Assembly (NCBI GenBank): GCA_046046455.1
Contig: JBJOJS010000023.1
Location: 13,167-77,166 of the forward strand
Direction of reading: 5' to 3'
Length of the DNA: 64,000 bases
Source: Actinomycetota bacterium
Lineage (GTDB): Bacteria > Actinomycetota > Actinomycetes > S36-B12
In this document: positions 61,109-64,000 of the stretch, one piece after another
How positions within the stretch are numbered: position 1 is the stretch's first letter
Layout: each line of letters begins with the position of its first letter
Position numbers and translations under genes: made by a program
Notes under the pieces: model-generated
What the model was told of the DNA's origin: nothing
Seen by the model: only the letters and a program-made list of their open reading frames with translations
Databases searched by the model: none

Positions 61109-62077
61109 ATGCTGGCGGCCTACTACGAGCAGCGGGGCAACTCCGACGTCCTCACCGTCGGGGAGATTCCGACCCCGGGACCGGGCGTGGGCGAGGTCCG
61201 GGTGCGCCTCCAGGTCGCCGCGGTCAATCCGACCGACTGGAAGTCGCGCGCGCATGCCGCACCCATGGACTTCCCGCTGCAGGTGCCGGGCCAGGACGGC
61301 GCGGGCGTCATCGAAGCGGTCGGCCCCGGTGTCGATATCGGCCGCATCGGCGAGCGTGTGTGGGTCTATCACGCAGCCTTCCAGCGTCAGTACGGCACGG
61401 CGGCACAGTTCACCGTCGTGCCCGCGCGCCAGGCGGTGCGCATCCCCGACGGCATCGATACTGATCAGGCGGCCGCCCTCGGCATCCCCTATCTCACGGC
61501 GTACGGGTGCCTCTTCGCCGACGGATCCATCGACGGCCAGACGGTGCTCGTGCACGGCGGCGCGGGTGCGGTCGGACACGCGGCGGTGCAACTCGCCCGC
61601 CGCGGTGGCGCCCATGTGATCGCCACGGTGAGCAGTGCCACCAAGGGCGCGATCGCCGCCGACGCCGGTGCGCACGTCGTGGTGGACTACACGTCCGATG
61701 GCGCGATCGACGCCATCAGATCAGCAGCTCGAGCGGGTGTGGATCGTGTCGTCGAGGTCGACCTCACGCGCAATCTCGAGCTCGACCTCGCCGTGATCGT
61801 GCCCGGTGGCGTCATCGTCACGTACGCCGCCGACGCGGTGGACCCGACCGTGCCGGTCCGCAACCTCATGACACGCAACGCGACCCTGCGCTTCGCCCTC
61901 GTCTACGGCTTCCCGGCGCCCCTGCTCGCCGCGGGCATCACCGAGGTGACCGAGGCACTCGAGGCCGGAGACCTCAGCCCGCTCCCCGTCGTGCGCTTCC
62001 CGCTCGCCGATGTCGCAGCGGCTCACGACGCCGTGCAGTCGCGCACGCCCGCCAAGGTGCTCATCGACCTGCCGTAG
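61109..62077 (+). CDS. NADPH:quinone oxidoreductase (MDR / zeta-crystallin family)
   Basis: 322 aa. VRVRLQVAAVNPTDWK, PGQDGAGVIEAVG and VLVHGGAGAVGHAAVQLA (nucleotide-binding). Confidence 0.85.
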   Translation: MLAAYYEQRGNSDVLTVGEIPTPGPGVGEVRVRLQVAAVNPTDWKSRAHAAPMDFPLQVPGQDGAGVIEAVGPGVDIGRIGERVWVYHAAFQRQYGTAAQFTVVPARQAVRIPDGIDTDQAAALGIPYLTAYGCLFADGSIDGQTVLVHGGAGAVGHAAVQLARRGGAHVIATVSSATKGAIAADAGAHVVVDYTSDGAIDAIRSAARAGVDRVVEVDLTRNLELDLAVIVPGGVIVTYAADAVDPTVPVRNLMTRNATLRFALVYGFPAPLLAAGITEVTEALEAGDLSPLPVVRFPLADVAAAHDAVQSRTPAKVLIDLP

Positions 62078-62080
62078 GGA

Positions 62081-62527
62081 CTACCGACCCTCGGCATCCA
62101 GCTCGGCGAGCAGGTCGACGCGCCGCTCGTGTCGGCCACCGTCGAAGTCGGTGCCCAGGAAGACACCCAGGGCCAGCTCGGCCTCCGCGACGGCGGTCAC
62201 GCGGCCTCCGAAGCACGCGACATTCGCATCGTTGTGACGCCTACTCATCTCCGCGTCCTCAGCCGTGCGGAGTACGGCGGCACGCACGCCCGGGATCTTG
62301 TTAGCGGCCATGCAGATGCCGAGGCCACTGCCGCACACCGCGACTCCGCGATCGGCATCGCCCGCTGCCACCGCACGTGCCACGGCGGCACCGAAGACGG
62401 GGTAGTCGCAGGATGCGTCCGAGTCGGTGCCCACGTCGATGATCTCGTGACCTGCGTCATGGAGCCACGCGCGCAGGGCTTCCTTGAGCTCGAAGCCGGC
62501 ATGGTCGCTGCCGATCACGATCCTCAT
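62081..62527 (-). CDS. rpiB: ribose-5-phosphate isomerase B (RpiB/LacA/LacB family)
   Basis: 148 aa. MRIVIGSDHAGFELKE, GVAVCGSGLGICMAANK and RRHNDANV. Confidence 0.9.
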   Translation of the reverse strand: MRIVIGSDHAGFELKEALRAWLHDAGHEIIDVGTDSDASCDYPVFGAAVARAVAAGDADRGVAVCGSGLGICMAANKIPGVRAAVLRTAEDAEMSRRHNDANVACFGGRVTAVAEAELALGVFLGTDFDGGRHERRVDLLAELDAEGR

Positions 62528-63963
62528 GTGCCCTCCCTCTGTCGGTCGCGCTCGACGGCCTCACGCCAGCGCACCTGCCGTTCGGCGATGAGCGGGCTGC
62601 CCGTGGGCTCCACGATGCCATGGGCGTCGATCACCACGGGCGGCATCTCCTCCCCGAGTGCAGTCATGACCAGACGCGTCGCTCCCACCACCGTCGCATC
62701 GGCCACCGATGCAGGCTGCAGTGCGATGCCGAGCGCGTCAGCGAGGAGCGCGACGTACGCTGCATCGCGACTGCCGCCACCGAGCGTCGTGAGCGGCGCG
62801 GCCGGAGCCGCACCCGACTCGGCAATCGCCGCGTATCCCGCGGAGACGGCGTAGGCCATGCCTTCGAGCACCGAACGCAGCATCGCCTCGCGTGTGGTCG
62901 ACAGGGACAGGCCCTGCCAGGAGGCCCGCAGATCGGGATCGAGGTAGGGGCTGCGCTCACCGGCGACGAAGGGGAGGAACACAGGATCGTCAGCCCGCAC
63001 TCCCGCGGCGAGTGCACGCTGCGCGTCATCGATGGTCGCGCCAAGCCACGCCAGTGCGCGTTCGAGGGCGAGGCCGCCGCTCTGCACGGCCGCGAGGCGG
63101 TAGTACGCCGCACCGATCGTGCCGGTGGCCGCGAAGGTGTGCGTGCGCAATGTGTCGTCGGGATCCGGGCTCGCGAGGACACTGCTCACCTGCGCGCCCG
63201 TGCCGAGGGCGAGCGCGCCGCACCCGGGTGCGAGACCCAGCCCGTGGATGCCGCAGGCGGCATCGGCACCACCTGTCGACACCGGCAGGCCCGTGAGCAC
63301 GGTGTCCTTCAACGTCACAGTGCCGGCGATAGCGGCCGAGGAGATAACGGGGGCCAGCAGATCGGGTCGCACGCCACAGGCCCCGAGGGCTGCCGGGCTC
63401 CACGCACCCGCGACCAGGTCGTAGAGCAGCGTGCCGCTGGCATCGGAGGGATCAGTGGCGACATCTCCCGTGAGTTGCATGCGCAGCCAGTCCTTGGGCT
63501 GCAGGGCCCACCGTGCGCGGGTGAGCATCTCCGGCTCATGATCGGCCAGCCAAGCGAGCGTCACACCGGCGAAGCCGGGGAAGGGAGCCGAGCCCAAGCG
63601 CGCGAGCTGCGCTCGCCCGAGGGAGTCGGAGATGCGGCGAGCCTGCGCGGCGCTGCGGGTGTCCGCCCAGGTGATGGCCGGACGCAGCGGCGAGCCGTCG
63701 GCCGCGCACAGCACCACACCGTGCATCTGTCCGCTCAGGCCGATTCCATCGATAGGTCCCTCGACCTGGGCGACCGCCTCGCGTGCGGCATCGAGCGAGG
63801 CGGCGAGCCACGCCTGGGGATCCGTCTCAGCCCATCCCGGCTGCGTGGAATCCACCGCATAGGGGCGCACGGCGGAGGACAGGACCTCACCATCGTCCGC
63901 GACGACCGCCACCTTGACCGACTGGGTGCCGAGGTCGATCCCGACGACGCGACGCATGGGCAC
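62524..63963 (-). CDS. FGGY-family carbohydrate kinase (xylulokinase-like)
   Basis: 479 aa. VGIDLGTQSVKVAVV...GWAETDPQAWL, SGQMHGVV and LGGGSRD. ATGA-type overlap with rpiB. Confidence 0.85.
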   Translation of the reverse strand: MPMRRVVGIDLGTQSVKVAVVADDGEVLSSAVRPYAVDSTQPGWAETDPQAWLAASLDAAREAVAQVEGPIDGIGLSGQMHGVVLCAADGSPLRPAITWADTRSAAQARRISDSLGRAQLARLGSAPFPGFAGVTLAWLADHEPEMLTRARWALQPKDWLRMQLTGDVATDPSDASGTLLYDLVAGAWSPAALGACGVRPDLLAPVISSAAIAGTVTLKDTVLTGLPVSTGGADAACGIHGLGLAPGCGALALGTGAQVSSVLASPDPDDTLRTHTFAATGTIGAAYYRLAAVQSGGLALERALAWLGATIDDAQRALAAGVRADDPVFLPFVAGERSPYLDPDLRASWQGLSLSTTREAMLRSVLEGMAYAVSAGYAAIAESGAAPAAPLTTLGGGSRDAAYVALLADALGIALQPASVADATVVGATRLVMTALGEEMPPVVIDAHGIVEPTGSPLIAERQVRWREAVERDRQREGT

Positions 63964-64000
63964 ATCCTGCCGCGCTAGCCTCGCTCCCGTGCCCGCGGTC

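Noticed and set aside
62620-63978. 452-aa plus-strand ORF antisense to the FGGY kinase, and similar long antisense ORFs at 43543..44664, 36087..37454, 31864..33426, 21923..22783, 14068..15030 and 5134..6054
   Set aside because: All lie opposite genes with strong family motifs and have the Arg/Gly/His/Asp-rich composition of non-coding frames in high-GC DNA.

Overview
High-GC (about 70% by eye) Actinomycetota-type chromosomal window with about 53 protein-coding genes. I saw no rRNA, tRNA, CRISPR array, transposase or integrase. The housekeeping backbone includes purC, purB, purD, purA, galE, pyrE, rpiB, a class I fructose-bisphosphate aldolase and several aminotransferases, GNATs, an SDR and an MDR oxidoreductase. 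A complete alternative heme-copper oxidase locus lies at 40.0-47.7 kb: cupredoxin, CoxII, CoxI, CoxIII-like, CopD-like and a small membrane protein, with ctaG and a TlpA-like thiol-disulfide oxidoreductase divergent from it. The most unusual part is a block of about 24.7 kb (7146-31818) between purC and purB. It encodes almost only exported proteins. These are (i) a translationally coupled LuxR-type response regulator, a multi-TM histidine kinase and an S8 lipoprotein protease. (ii) A tightly packed four-gene operon of exported enzymes: SGNH lipoprotein, unknown lipoprotein, Tat-signal BBE-type FAD oxidase and S33 aminopeptidase. (iii) Three paralogous lipoprotein RHS/YD-repeat proteins of about 1500 aa. 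Each has a PA14-like insert and a divergent C-terminal tail of about 150-190 aa built from Gly/Ala-rich hydrophobic helices plus a charged helical segment. None has room for a downstream immunity gene. (iv) A Trp/Cys-rich 476-aa lipoprotein with no domain I can name, whose stop overlaps the start of one RHS gene. Six of these lipoproteins share a P-[VIP]-E-[ST]-A motif shortly after the lipobox cysteine. I consider this RHS/lipoprotein block the best candidate for an undescribed system. All functional calls come from motif-level reading of the translated ORFs; no database search was possible.
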